DNA of 64,000 nt from an uncultured Planctomycetota bacterium (lineage in GTDB: Bacteria; Planctomycetota; Planctomycetia; Gemmatales; Gemmataceae). Made by a program: the position numbers and the translations under genes. The DNA lies in the NCBI GenBank assembly GCA_963849325.1, contig CAWKHF010000002.1, positions 320,001 through 384,000 of the forward strand, given 5' to 3'. Every line of letters begins with the position of its first letter. Position 1 is the stretch's first letter. This document shows positions 63,836 through 64,000 of this stretch, piece after piece. The notes beneath the pieces are model-generated. The model did no database searches and was not told the origin of the DNA. It saw nothing but the letters and a program-made list of their open reading frames with translations.

Positions 63836-64000
63836 GTGCCGGTGCAGATGGAGCTGAGGCGGATCATCATCAGCGAGATCCACGAACAGCAAGTCATCAT
63901 GCTCAAAGAGGTGGACGGCGAGCGCAGCTTTTCCATCATGATCGGCATTTTCGAGGCCACCAGCATCGACCGCCGCGTCAAGCACCTGCCGTCGCCGCGG
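63836..64000 (+). CDS. Bifunctional nuclease (DUF151) family protein, partial
   Basis: VIMLKEVDGERSFSIMIGIFEATSI...PSPR, runs off the window end. Confidence 0.85.
   Translation, partial: MPVQMELRRIIISEIHEQQVIMLKEVDGERSFSIMIGIFEATSIDRRVKHLPSPR

Overview
GC-rich bacterial chromosomal window, almost certainly Planctomycetota and probably Gemmataceae-like (DUF1501, DUF4058, planctomycete LE-x-LEDR-x-LLS secretion motif). It is mostly housekeeping and metabolic genes: dusB, dtd, dxr-rseP, htrA-like protease, csrA, hutIG, rlmN-like, topA, trmB-trpA-trpB, mutM, scpB, der, cls and a PP2C phosphatase. Many core genes carry single-base frameshifts that look like long-read assembly errors. Accessory inserts are a decayed type IIG-like RM fragment plus SNF2 helicase, an AAA/ABC ATPase + DUF4276 pair, a DUF5678-like + aspartyl protease pair, a solo DUF4058 gene and a truncated adhesin. 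Intergenic DNA is packed with about ten families of palindromic repeats, including inverted (GGGGTCA)n and plant-telomere-like (TTTAGGG)n arrays. The most novel-looking signals are non-coding: (i) a sigma54-promoter-driven, terminator-bounded ~265-nt RNA with six C-rich motifs (24246-24512), (ii) a sigma54 promoter and GGA-rich leader upstream of csrA, and (iii) a multi-hairpin ~215-nt RNA downstream of csrA. Together they suggest an undescribed sigma54/Csr/sRNA regulatory layer. All family assignments are from motif recognition by eye; no searches or folding programs were run. No CRISPR array, tRNA, rRNA or transposase was seen.
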